A stretch of DNA of 64,000 nucleotides from Ramazzottius varieornatus (taxonomy: Eukaryota; Animalia; Tardigrada), in contig BDGG01000006.1 of NCBI GenBank assembly GCA_001949185.1, forward strand, positions 1,904,827 to 1,968,826, written 5' to 3'. The notes below the pieces were generated by a model. It did not search any database. It saw nothing but the letters and a program-made list of their open reading frames with translations, and had not been told where the DNA came from. This document shows positions 37,371 to 49,654 of this stretch, piece by piece (position 1 is the first letter of the stretch; each line of letters starts with the position of its first letter). A program made the translations under genes and the position numbers.

Positions 37371-40300
37371 CTACTTGAGTTCCAATGACAAGCGAGACTT
37401 AGGTTCTCGACTCGTCAACGTGAGGAATTTCTCGTCTATTAGAAAACGTTCTTCAAATGTCCGACTACCATTAGGGAGGCCCACCAGACCCATCCTGTAA
37501 GAAAACGGAAATGTGTCAATGATTATGATCCTCCGAGCGCCATAGTAATTCGTGCAGCTCACCTTGAAGCGCGAAAGAATGTGAACGCTAGTGTCAAAGG
37601 TAACAGCAAGCACGCAGCAATGAGAACCCCGAGTGTTGATCCCGTTATCATATTCTCTGGACAAGAGTCACCACGAAAACCGCATGTGGGCTTGTTTGGC
37701 AACGGACCCGCCCTCCCATGCCACCTATCGGCAACTGAGTCGGACACCGTATCGATTGTCCCTGCTGCCGCGTTATATATCCAACCTGTGTCGAACGCTT
37801 TGGTGATAGGATTGAACCTGTTGTAGAGAATGTTCTCCAGGCGGTACGCGTCGGGACCGATTAAAATGTTGCGAGAATAGGCATTAAACGTATGGTTGAG
37901 CAGGCGTCGGCGAAAGTTCAGCTGAGTGGGTGAAGTCTCTTCCTTGATAATTTGGCTAAGAACCTGGGCGAACACCATTACAGCATCGTACGCCGCAAGC
38001 GAGTATTCGTTTACCTGTAGAAACTGTTCTGGTTAAATTAGACGCGGCGGAAAAGTTCATCTCGGTATGACCCCAAAGGGACCAGTTGCATATTTTAATA
38101 CCATCTCGTCCGGGCGGTATGTGTAGTTGTAGAAACTCGACGATCTAGCGGCGACCTCTTGGAAAATCTTTTCGGTCTCTGGTGTTTCCCATGGGTCAAA
38201 CTGCAGTGCGATCAGTGGTCGGAATGCTTCCAGCGCAACCTGTGTTGAAGCCCAATTGTGATTTATTGTTTTACGGTAGGTTCAAATACCACCGGGCCGC
38301 AGTGATGCAAACAGAGATACCTCATCATGAGTGTCATTCGTTGGGTCGAACAAACTTATGAACAAAGGAATGCGACTTGGCTCTGGGTAGAGAAAGACCT
38401 ACGAACGATATACATTTTAGAGAATGGCTATAGTGACCGCCCAAACCACCCAAAAGTCTACATACAGTACAGCCACCGCCTTTGATGAATGGGTATCGGC
38501 GGCCCAATCTGCAGCCCAAATGTTTTGATTTCGAATGATCATTTTTCGACTGAGGCTGTAATCTCTATCCATGGGCATGGGTGCTAGCTTCGCCACACTT
38601 CACCACGGATAGAAGTCTCACAGAATTATTCGCTCTTTTGGGAAGATACTCCAGAACATTTCAAGGGTGCCTAGCTAGCAACTCAAGCACCTCGGGGTGG
38701 GGGTTTGACGTCAAAACAATCAACCATGCAGTTTTATACTGTATGACGACGTTGTGACGTTAACACTTTTTCGGTCAAAAATGCGAACCCTTCGGATCTA
38801 CCTGGCGTAGCCGTTTGACCGAAGGTCAGATCGCAAAATGGACTGGGGTTCCTCTGTGTTTGTTACTCCAAATTGCATCAACAGCTTAAGTTTGCCATTG
38901 GGGTCCCAAAACTACAAAGTAGATTCCCGAAAAATTTGACTGCAGAGCGTTGGGCTGCAGACTGGGCCGCCAGCGCTGATACCCAAATACATACCAATTT
39001 TTAATCGATTCGAACCGCCTTTAAAAATAATTTCCTAATCTAAGGTCACCGCCTTGGAAATTATCTCGAAAGTCTTAAACTGATAATTTAGATAGTAATT
39101 GAGATCGGCAATGTCCTGTTCGTGAGACAGCAGACTGAGGGCGGTATCGTACCCGCGGGAGCCCTGATGGAAACCTTCGGGACCACTTCCTGCTCCAAAC
39201 AGTCTATCTGCACGGCGGCGAAGAGATTCGACCGGTTAAAGTTAGGTTTGCTCAAGTTCCTCGGTAGCTGCCTGATTCGAACCAGTGCGGACCGATGGGC
39301 ACTCGCACATCGCCGAGCTTCTGACAGGAGAGTCGCCCGTGAACACCATGTTCTGCGATGGTTGGACCCAGTGCCAGTGGCTACACACCTCGATGGAGAG
39401 CGAGAAGTCCAGTTCATGCCGGTCAGTTTTACGTCCCCAGGCGGTCCCCGACAGGGGCGCATTCCTTGTACTTGTACGTTCGGCTCGAGTTTTTCCAGCT
39501 AGCACAACAGCTATCACGGTGGACCAGTCTGAAGCCATCCGCAACAGCCTCGGTAGCATGCCTAATCGACCAGTTCGTGGCTTGAAATGTATATGATGTT
39601 TCTCTATGGCGACGACAGATCTGAGGCTGTGTGGGATTGACTACTTAAATTCCGATGAAAAGCGGTGTCAATAGCTTCTCAGACGGTTCGTGGCGGTGGC
39701 TATAGTGATTAGGCGGTTTAGGCGGTGATTATCGCGACATCCTTTTTCACACTAGTAAGATTCAAAAAGACCGAAGCTGGATTAGTGTGTTTTTTTCACT
39801 TACGTACTCTCCAGTCGTCATGTTCATCAGATGAGCGCGAATCTGGAATAATTGAATGAGTTGTGTGACAAGAGCAACGCGATAACGAAGTTGTATATAC
39901 TCCACTGAGGTAACGTACGTATACCACTTGAATACCATTTTTTGGTGCAGTTACCGAAGATTGACCTGACACAACGCTTACCATTATTTTCCGCACAACA
40001 TCCTGTCGCGATACGAGAATAATAACTACAAAACAGAATCACCCACGACTGAGTACTCATTATCCAGTGTTTGGTCTGATATTGAAGACATTAACGTTTT
40101 ACGTACTTCGGCTACGCAATTTTGCTCTGGCTAATAAGCCCTCGAATCCACTGGGATTGCGCACTGAGTCAAAATCCTCGTAGTGGACAGTGAACCCGGA
40201 AGTTGGGTTCATCATTAGCGACTTGACAGCTCGGCACTGGGAGCCAAACAGGGAAGCCACGCTGAAATAATTAAGCAGGCTTTCACAGTGAACTGACACT

Positions 40301-42582
40301 GTCATCCACTTGTATTTCTTCAAAAAGATGGCTAATCCTGGGATCATGCCGCCCCTGCCAGTTGGGACAAATGTGACGAAGGTCGGAAAGCGCTGTTTGT
40401 TCATGAAGGCCACATCGGAGGACGTACTGTGGAAAGACAGCTATTGTATTATCGAGATAGTACGAACAAAATTATTATTGTTAGATTTACCTCGCTAACA
40501 ATAGCATATCCATTTCTGAAAAGACTGAAATCGGTCGACGTACGCTATCTCCCAGGAGTGACCGACTCCATAAAAAGATATCCAGTCAAAAACTCGCATC
40601 TTCCGTGCTGTAAGCTCGATTTCAAAACTTTGAAGTACGTTCCAGTGTGGAAGATTTGCTCTGTGCGGTGACTTCGGTCACGTGTTTGTTTTTGACAAAA
40701 TTAACAATCGACTAGCGGTGCTAACTTTGCAAGAGACCGAAGCTGGCTTGTTTTGAAATCACCAGCCTGTGCGTTGCTACCTGGGCGTTGCAAAACATTA
40801 AATACATACTCTGAAAATGTAGAGCAAACACTTGGCTATCAAAGACGGGGAAACGTTTGACGTATGGAAATCGTGAAGAATCCACATGCAGTGACCTGGG
40901 AGCAGTTTTCGGATATATCTCGGATTTCAGGATCATCAACTGCCGTACTTACAACTTTATCTGAAAAAACTCGTGTTAACGTCCTGTCCATAAGCCTTCT
41001 TTTATGAGAAACTTTTCATAGTTCCCAACACATTTGTCTTTTGCGGAAGATTCTCGAGTAAAGGTATCTGGATTTTATACGGAAAAGGGCTGATAAGTCA
41101 CTGCATGTAGCTCCCCGACGGAAGCTGCGATTGGCATACTTTTCTCTTTACCCGATAGTTTGGTGGGTTGAGGGGTTAGGGCTTTCATTTTATGCAGCTT
41201 CTGTTTTCTCAGAGGCTGGATTTAATGTTTTGCAACGCCCAGGTAACACGGCGGTGATTCTAAAACAGTCCAGTTTTGGTTTTTGAAAAGTTAGCAGCGC
41301 TAATTGATTTGTTGGTACAGTAGGCTCGGCGAAACTAAAATAAGCCGTTTTAGCCGTTCTTGGCCGCGGCTAAAACATCAAATACAATGCGAAATTCGGG
41401 AGCCATTAGTTAGGACCTTGAATTGTGATGTGTGAGTCCAGGAAAGCGTGGTCTGACTCTCACTCAAGGAGAAACCAACTTGCGGCTTTGGTGGGTTGCG
41501 GGGTTTGGAGGGTTCAGGGGCGAGGGGTTCCTTTTTTGTGCAGTTTGTGCCGTTCTAGAGCAAATCTCACCGCGATTGAAATGCTCGGACATGCAGGTGG
41601 GGTATTTGTAACATAAACTTTGCTTTGATCGCGTTGAAATTTGCCGCCGAACGGCACAAGCTGCATAAAATGAAAGCCCTAACCCCTCAACCCACCAAAC
41701 CCCGCAAGCTGATTTTTGTTGGAGTCAGAGCCAGACCTCGCTCTCCTGGACTCACACATCATGATCCAGGTTCTAACTAATGGCTCCCGAATGTCGCATT
41801 GTATTTGACGTTTTAGCCGCGGCTGAAAATATTTTAGCTGCTTTAGCCGCGGCTAAGAACGGCTAAACCGGTTTATTTTAGCTTCGCCGAGCCTACTATG
41901 ATTGTTAGCTGTGTCGACACAAAGTCATGTGAGCGAACAGAAAAAGTTCTCAACACTACTACGTAATTCAAAGTTTTGAAATCGGACTATTAGAAGTCAT
42001 ATTTTATTCATAGACTGGGTGTCTAGGGGGTCGGTCACTCCTGGAAGACAGTTTAAACAAGTAATGAAGAAGACCCCACGTCTTGAAGTATACGGTAGAA
42101 AGTGGCGGTAAAGGCTCGTACCTCTTGCGAAGTCTGCCAAGGGCATGACCTCTGGGCTGCATCCTAGCGAAACCATGCATAGAACTCCACAATTTAATCA
42201 CAAAGTTGGCAAACCGATTCTTCGTACTATTCCACTCGGACCCACCTGGAGAGAATATGACAGTGGTATCGTTGTTTCCCCCGACGAGTCCAAACATCTG
42301 TCCGGCAACAGCAACAACGTTCGCCGCTGCGGCACTGCAGTCGGTCACATTTCGTTGGTACAGTATGTGTCTCGTGCAGTTGTTTAGCAAGCCGGGATAA
42401 AACTTTCCAACGTGCTGGAACGCAACATCATACATCGGACCAGTGGCGTACCATCCATAGTTCGGATCTTCTCCCAAAATTATATTGATGATATTTAAAC
42501 GGACTGTTGTTGCGGTACTGCTACCAAACGTCTGGTGTATGGTCGAGATCCACATAAGATATATCAGAATATTTTTTCTCAT
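37371..42582 (-). CDS. Natriuretic-peptide-receptor family (ANF_receptor ectodomain) single-pass membrane protein with no kinase-homology or cyclase domain
   Basis: In-phase GT-AG exons: 42582-42246 (signal peptide...VIFSP), 42163-42122 (GCSPEVMPLADFAR), 40515-40491, 40426-40107 (NKQRFPTF...KYKWMTV), 40025-39982, 39842-39804 (AHLMNMTTGEY), 38398-38321, 38239-38102 (ALEAFRPL), 38014-37563 (AYDAVMVFA...W...PLPNKPTCGFRGDSC, then TM), 37494-37371 (about 40 aa tail and stop). These motifs are typical of receptor guanylyl cyclase ectodomains. Confidence 0.85.
40543..42053. mobile_element. Old TA-flanked non-autonomous DNA transposon (about 1.5 kb) filling intron 2 of the receptor gene
   Basis: Degenerate TIRs: cgctatctcCCAGGAGTGACCGAC from 40543, and the reverse complement aactgtcttCCAGGAGTGACCGAC from 42053. 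Both are directly flanked by TA. Confidence 0.6.
41318..41898. mobile_element. Foldback/MITE with about 180-bp imperfect inverted arms, nested in the 40543-42053 element
   Basis: Left arm TA|CAGTAGGCTCGGCGAA...TTAGCCGTTCTT...TTCGGGAGCCATTAGTTAG...GATGTGTGAGTCCAGGA is mirrored by TCCTGGACTCACACATC...CTAACTAATGGCTCCCGAA...TTCGCCGAGCCTACT at the right end. Confidence 0.85.
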
Positions 42583-44572
42583 GATGTTGCAAGACAGCGC
42601 GGGCTGCAGATCTGTTAACTGCTCGATCGACTATTTCCGTACCTCGTAAAAAGTGTAATGAGCTGCTGGATTACTTCCGGCAGACGGACGACTCCCTGAT
42701 TCACGATCGATAAGGTGGAACTCCTTATCAAACCCACTGATCATGCAAGCAGCGGTAGCCGATGATACATAGGTAACTAAGCATCAGCAGTACTCCCATC
42801 TATTCTGAGATATCAGGAGTGGTTTCGACCAAGGGTTAGACGGGTGAAAGCTATGGTTTCGAGCTTTTGAACACAAAGATGAGGTCCCATGTTTAGCTAG
42901 CATCGTTCGCAGTTTGCTTATTTTTCTCTTCCTTCAAGTCATCCGTCGAGCGTAGGCTGGGTACTGCAATACACTGGCTCCCATACGTGATAGGCCACCC
43001 CCGACCTTGATTCAAAAATTCCTAACTTCCGTTGCACTGACCCGATTTTCATCTCTCAAAGATCTCGAACAAGATCGGTGTTTTTTACTTTCGATCACGT
43101 GACTTTCGTGTGAATTCTTTAATAAATCAACTGGAATTGCTTGGTTGACAAACGTGTGAAACGACCTTGGTTTTGGCGTCGTGCTCGGAGTTCCCGCCCA
43201 CAATCAGAACGATTCACTCGTGGTAGAACATAAGAACCATCACATGCATACAACTTCCACTGTATCATCATTAACACTTGTAATACCGGGCAATTTCATG
43301 CTGGCAGAATACCGCGGGTACAACTGAGTTGCGCAGCGTTCTAACTGGCTGGAAGCACGACAGAGGCGTGTACAGACCAATCACGGTGCTCCCCCATGAA
43401 GTTGCGAATGTTACTGCGCAAAACCAACGTAATGTTCCGCCACATGACCGGGGTACGCCAATGTATTTCATTTTACTTTTCCCTACACTGATTTCGATTT
43501 CTTCTTGCTAAACAAACAGCACTCTGCTTCGTTAATCTGTGCGATGCACAAACACGAACGTTACATGAGCCACAAACAATCATCGTTCTTCGCTCAGTCT
43601 TTCTGGGACAGGGCAATGCGAAAAATGCGTAAAAAGGCAATGCGTAAAATAGAAATCTGAAAAATTGAATTTGCTTCTTGCCACCTTGGCGGCGCCACCA
43701 GTGGTAGTATCGTTCGTGACGTCATGGGCTGCGCCATACGTCGAAAAGCCACGAGCAACTTGCAAGTTTTTGTCTGACCACTGGACAACCGCTAGTTGGA
43801 CGCTGGAGATATAATGTAAAGAAGTGATTGTGAGTTGTTCTGAATTTTTTTCCAGCTGTTGAAACGCTTGGCGCGTGAAGGAGGACCTGGAACATGTGTT
43901 GGGAGCAGTTTGCCCTCGAACCTTGTAAAATATTTCTAATTCCGTACGTAGTGTTTAGCCAGCGGTCACCAGCTACATGTCATAGAGAACTTGCCACTAC
44001 AGGCAAAAAAAAATACTGAACCGCCAAAGCTGCTCAGGAAGTGATTTGCGGTCAGGTAACCGTGCGCTGCGAAACCGAGTTGTACCCCCGATATCATGAG
44101 TGTTAAGACACCTAGGGAGCACCATATCCCTACTCATAGTTTTCTCGCCTTGGATACTGCATTTCGGAGGACTATTATTGCGGAAGATTCCCGTGATTTT
44201 CCAACGAAGCACGGTGACTTGGCCGAACGATATAATAAACTGGATTATCTTGGTGAAAAGAAGGTAATCATCCTTGCACTGAAAGCATACAAACGTTCTC
44301 ATGGTCGCCGCAGGCACGAGTTACAAAGCCTGTTGCTCCCAGCGATATTTAGTGATCACCGACAGGTAGTCTGTAAGCTCAGCATACCGGCGGTGTTTTT
44401 GCAAACCGAACCAGCAACACAATGATGGCTAGGTTTTGTATTTGACACCGTGGAGGTGAATCTGCTGATACTGGGACTCCGAAAAGGCAGTACTGGATAT
44501 GGGGGAAATTCCACCTGTTTGAGTGGAAAGGATCTTTTCCGAAGGCATAACTTGAGCCCATTTCCGGCTATA

Positions 44573-46213
44573 ATGGCGGATTCAAAAAGATGGTTGTTTT
44601 TACTTTTTACCAGTATTGCTATTTTTGGAGCCGAATGGGTAGTAGACGAAACTGGCATACTAGCGTCCAGGCTTTCAGGAACGTCTCCCGATTGCTTTCA
44701 GAAAAATGGGACGGACAGCACCTGCCTGAGCATGACCGATTCCCAGTTCAACGCTCTGTATGTGGTACATTTTTGGGCCGGCTCAGTTATATCATTCCTC
44801 TCAGGCTTCCTTGTTACACGCTACGGTGTATGGAACTGCAGCTTGGCCACAGCGTCTGCGTTATTCTCCGGCATGTAAGGGTTCATCAAAGTCAGATGAT
44901 ACTTGAATTATTACTTAAGACATACTTCTTTCAGGATCTTGTTCACCGTCGGTCCTTATTGCTCATCCACGACAGCAGCCTTTGCCGTTATGATGGTCGG
45001 GAGACTACTGTACGGTTGCGGCTACTGGGGAAACTGTGTAGTATCGCAACAAGTAAAATCTCACTGGTTCTTCGGCAGAGAACTAGCAGTGGCGTTTGCT
45101 GTCTATAATTGCTCCTTCCGGCTGGGCTCGATAATAGCCTATCCATCGGTCGGAGCGGTCGTGGAGAAGTTCGGTATGCAAACAACCATGTGGATAGTCT
45201 TTGCGATCGGTCTGGTTGGTCCCGTAACAGCCACTATTGCGGGCTGGATCCATCTGCGGTATGCCGAGATCTCAATGGACAGCTTTGTACTGGAAGAAGT
45301 TCGTCATCATACTGTAAAGTCCACCTTGGGAATAGTGCGGCACCTCACCAAGCACTACTGGGCAGTGGCTGCATTTTTGTTTTTCTATTACGGAGGCATC
45401 ATGTCCGTTATGTCCGACTTCCCGAAGTTCCTGATGGTAACTAATCGTTCGATTATCGGAGGGTTGCAATGCTCGTTCCATTGTCCAGCAGTTCAAGGAT
45501 ATATGTATTAATAGTTCATACTGTAGGAAGCTCGCAACATGGCGGAGACCCAAGCAGGCCTGATCTCCGGGATAATTTCCGACATGGCGTTACTGTCTCC
45601 ATTACTTGGAGTTTTCACCGACCGCTACGGTAAAGCTGGACCTGCAGAAGGAAAGGCTTTGGCATCATTGAGGTTAATTGTTGCAGGTTGGAGAGACGTG
45701 CAGATGGTTATCTGTAGCACACTGTTCCTTCTGGGTCTACTCGGACTAGTGTCCATCTCAGGCTTCAATGCCATTTTGTACTGCTTTATCGTGGGACTCA
45801 GTTCCGCCATCATGGGCGCCTGTATCTGGAGTGGCGTGGTGGTTGTTACCACACCAGGCACGGTCGGTGTCGCGATGGGTCTGTCTTCCGCATTTCAGAC
45901 TTTTGGGGCTGGACTTTTCCTCCTGATTGGCGGGTTTATCCTGGACGCCGGAACCGACACGAAATCCAAATGGCTAAACTTCTTCGTTATGGGGACCTGT
46001 GCGGTCGGTGTTTCACTAATAGCTGCCCTTGCTGCTTGGTACCTTGACTCGAAAACTCCACATCGTCCACTGAGAAGCCGGTCTTCTGTAAAGCCATCGC
46101 TGGTATCAGCAGAGGATACGATGGCCAGACGGGACAGCGAACGGGATCCGTTTATCTCCAATATCTCGAGCTACAGTTGTGAGCCGGAGCCCACTTTGCC
46201 ACTCATACTATGA
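44573..46213 (+). CDS. MFSD1-like major facilitator superfamily transporter
   Basis: Exons 44573-44874, 44935-45436, 45527-45629, 45687-46213. Many TM segments and MFSD1-like motifs QFNALY, MMVGRLLYGCG, HWFFGRELAVAF, RLGS, GVFTDRYG, GVAMGL. Confidence 0.85.
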
Positions 46214-46499
46214 ACCCGAAGGTCGCAAAACGGTATTCTGACCGCCTATCGAGCCCAGCATGAAGCCCACCTACAGTACTGTACATCGCCGATCACTATT
46301 TTCCCTGTTACTGGTATGGTCTTGCATAATTTGTAAGATTACAACAAGCAGGCAGCTACAGTAGAAACACATATTACCTCATGTGCTAGAGTGATATGAA
46401 TTTGTACGAGAGCCTCAGCAGAAATTGCTTGCAGAAGACCAAGAAGTGTAAAGAAGTACCAATAGACTTACTGGTGTTCATCAGTAATTCGAACGTTAA

Positions 46500-47600
46500 C
46501 CAGGCAGGTGTTTTCATCGGTGAGTTCATAGTGGTAGTTCCTTGCAGTACATGGCTCCAGGATAACTTTCCACGCGCTGACCGTCCACAGTTCACAAAGC
46601 TTTGCTTCATGGCTTAAACTTCCCTTCTTCAGCCAGCAAGTCCAGGTAAGGGAACAGTCTCTTCTCGAACGGAAACATGTTATGCGCCCGGTGTTCCTTA
46701 GCGCCCTCTGCGATTCTTTCCTTTTAGTCAGCATCGCACTGCTTTATCATTTCCTCGGAAGAAGGAAGTGTAAAGGCTCCATCCAGCCATGCTTTATAGT
46801 GTTTCACTTGTTCCTCACAACCGTCATTACGGGAATGATTTTCTGGATGCATCCATTGAAGGCTATGGTAGGGTAGTGACAGTGGATCGTGTGACGGTAC
46901 AAAGGCCATGCATGACCACGGTTATATTGCACCTTACAGTCCGGCGTTAAAAAGGGAAAATGAAGCACATAACCAGTGCACAAGATTATGGTGTCAATGA
47001 CTTGAGATGTTCCATCGTCAAGTGCCAAACCACTAGCAATGAAGTTCAGCGGCTCTGGTACTCGCTGGATATTGGGATATTTTATGCGGTCGTCAAACGT
47101 AGACTGAAACCTGCGTCGCACCAGGAACAAGCTTTTTGCGAAGCCCCGCAGATCACAGATCAGGTCGTCGGCGGACAGGCCGTCACCAATGATCAGAACG
47201 TTGTGGTCTTTGTAGTTTTCTCGGTTGCGGTATTCCGCGCTATGAAGTACCGTACGGCTGAATGTTTCGATGGTTGGCACATGAGGGATGAAGGGCTTCC
47301 TGTACTGTCTGCGGACAACAGTGCAATTACATGTCCATTTCTTCTTTTACCTCTCCAGCAAGCACTTGGTGAAATTTCGGGAGATTGGAGACTAGGTTAC
47401 GGTGCATTCGGCAAAAGTACGGTGAGGTCTCATCCTGTTCTGTGTTGTGTTCCTCACATCCTTCCGGGTAGTTCCACAGACCGCCGATGCGGTTCTGCTG
47501 CTCGTATCCGGTTAATTAATAAGCTGGATCAGTGGAAAAGTGCCGGATAGCACAGAAACCAGACTGACAGCCCCGATGACCGCGATCGCCGAGCGAATGC
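46500..47600 (-). pseudogene. Flavin-containing monooxygenase (FMO) pseudogene
   Basis: IAVIGA/(frameshift)QSGFCAIRHF at the FAD motif, an in-frame TAA before LTGYEQQNRIGGLWNY, and RNLVSNLPK. Also the fingerprint FSRTVLHSAEYR, NADPH motif VLIIGDGLSA and DTIILCTGY. A further frameshift near 46810 and stops at about 46724 and 46614. Confidence 0.85.
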
Positions 47601-47669
47601 CTTAAAAACAAAAGATAAAACAAATGAGGAGGATGAGGGGTCAGGGTCTTCTGAGCACTGAACCCCCAT

Positions 47670-47702
47670 CCCCCTTTCCCCTTTCCCCTTTCCCCTTTCC
47701 CC
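47670..47702. repeat. (CCCCTTT)n tandem repeat; G-quadruplex-capable on the minus strand
   Basis: cccctttcccctttcccctttcccctttcccc. Confidence 0.75.
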
Positions 47703-47782
47703 TGAGAGATCATACTTTTGCAGTACTACCTGTCATTACTGGCAAATATATTTATGGGCCGCCGTCCGCCGCTGCATTCGAT

Positions 47783-47829
47783 ACGACATACCGCACATGA
47801 CATACGGCATATGACATACGGCATGACAT
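47783..47829. repeat. Short tandem repeat of about 13-bp units (TGACATACGGCA)
   Basis: cgacataccgcacatgacatacggcatatgacatacggcatgacat. Confidence 0.65.
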
Positions 47830-48170
47830 TGTCTTCTACCGGTACCAGAAGCCTGGTTTCGCGCATGGGATCCCTGCTCTGGTGATGCGACGGCCTCTTC
47901 TAAGGCAGCGTGACTTTGTCAGTAGTCGTACAAAGCCCACTGACGTCTTTCGGCGCTAACGCGGTAATCATTGAAAGTAATCTGTTTTCGGTGCTCTAGT
48001 CGTGAAACCATTTTCCTAGCGGCAGACCTCACAAGATCGTTGGATCGCAAGTGCCCGCCTCGTGTCTCATTGTGCATTCGGAATCATAAGACATCTACGG
48101 GGGAAATATTTTCGGACATTCTCTTGACTTAAATCTGATGGTCCAAACATCGCGGAGATGATGACAGGAC

Positions 48171-49383
48171 ATGTATTGGACGGTAAGTTCGCATCACTCA
48201 CCAGCCATCATTCGTTGCGATAAAGTTGTTCTGGTGGTCAGTCCTGAGAATAACGACACCAACTAATAGGAAGTGTTTCCACGGATTTTTCTTGTAGCCA
48301 CTTTATTGGCTTGTTGTTTGGCTCATCGCTTCCACTGATCCCGACATAAGTCCACCAAGAACTAGTCTTCCTCCCATTCCGACAAAGCAATATCCCGAGT
48401 ACCTCACGACCACGCCCAAGACCCGTCTTCCTGTTTACAGTTACCGTCCAACAACACTTCCACCCAGCTTCTATCCAGCACCATCATTCAAAGTGGATTA
48501 CCGCTTGAACGATCCCCTTGACGATTACAACGACCCCACGCTGGACACCGCTTATCGTCCGAACCGACCCCGAGTCACGTTTACAGACATGGGCAGCCAA
48601 GCGCAATACCCTGCCTCGTACAATCCCAGCATACCCTCCGTGTTCCGCACCGATAACCCCATGTCGGTCTATTACACACAGTACCCAACAAGGCGCATCA
48701 AAGCCACGACATGGAGACCCTTCATTAAGGTAGGACCGAACTCTGAGTTCGACAGTAGTGGAAGCGAAGATGAACCAAACTATGGCGGTCGACCTGTTGA
48801 ATACCCTGCAACAGAAGGCTCCACGCTACCTATCCTACTAGACGAACTCAACACAGATTCCCCTGTACAAGCAGTGGCAGAAACTGTCGTGCCTTTCTAC
48901 AATCCAAACGCCCTGTATCCATATCCGCCGGAGATATCGATTCAAATTCAGAGACAAAATTCAAGAGAAGACTGGGGAGGGACTTACAACCCATTCGCGC
49001 TGACGACCCTGCCGACGACAACAGCGACTTCCAGTACGCCAACCCCATCAGCTCTTGTCAGAATTCCGCAACCTTTCGCGGCGACAGGCGGTAGGAATCA
49101 TTATGACACACAGCTCATCGAGGATGCGAAGAGACAACTGAACGAGTTTTACGCGCCATCCGTACGTAGTCGGAAGAGGCCGTTGCCGAACTCGTGGGAA
49201 GGTTTGGATGAGCTCAGAGGGTCCGCTTCGCAGACCAACCTTCAAAGAATGCCTGATGTAGTACCCTATCCACAGCCAAGGAATCCGTTAAGTGAAGATT
49301 TCTATGGGGAAGGTTCGAGTAAGCAGGAGAAAAGAACAGAAGAAGACTGTCCAGAGAATCCACGCGTACCTCGAAAATTATAA
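48171..49383 (+). CDS. Uncharacterised secreted Pro/Thr/Tyr-rich, probably disordered protein (about 365 aa)
   Basis: Exon 48171-48182 (MYWT, donor GTAAGT) splices in frame to 48298-49383. This gives a hydrophobic N-terminus MYWTPLYWLVVWLIAS and a long open low-complexity body with an RSRKR site. No domain recognised. Confidence 0.7.
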
Positions 49384-49654
49384 TCTGCACGCAGAAAATA
49401 ATCTCTTTTTGTCGACGCGGAACTTCATTCAGACTTAATTTGCATTTTCATAGATTACACCTTTTTAATCCATTATCACAAGGCTGGAGAGGAATCAAAT
49501 GTTTCCTCTCTCGCGTTATCCTCTCCACAAAGATTAAGCCCAAGCATCGTATGAGACAAAAGAAAAGAAATCTGTCGTCGAAACTCATTGTCTGGCCCGA
49601 CCGGACCTACGAGAACTTAACCATTCCGAGCAACGAGCAGTACTCTTGTGTGGC

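Noticed and set aside
41675-41686. CCCTAACCC telomere-like motif
   Set aside because: A single unit inside a TE arm, not an array.
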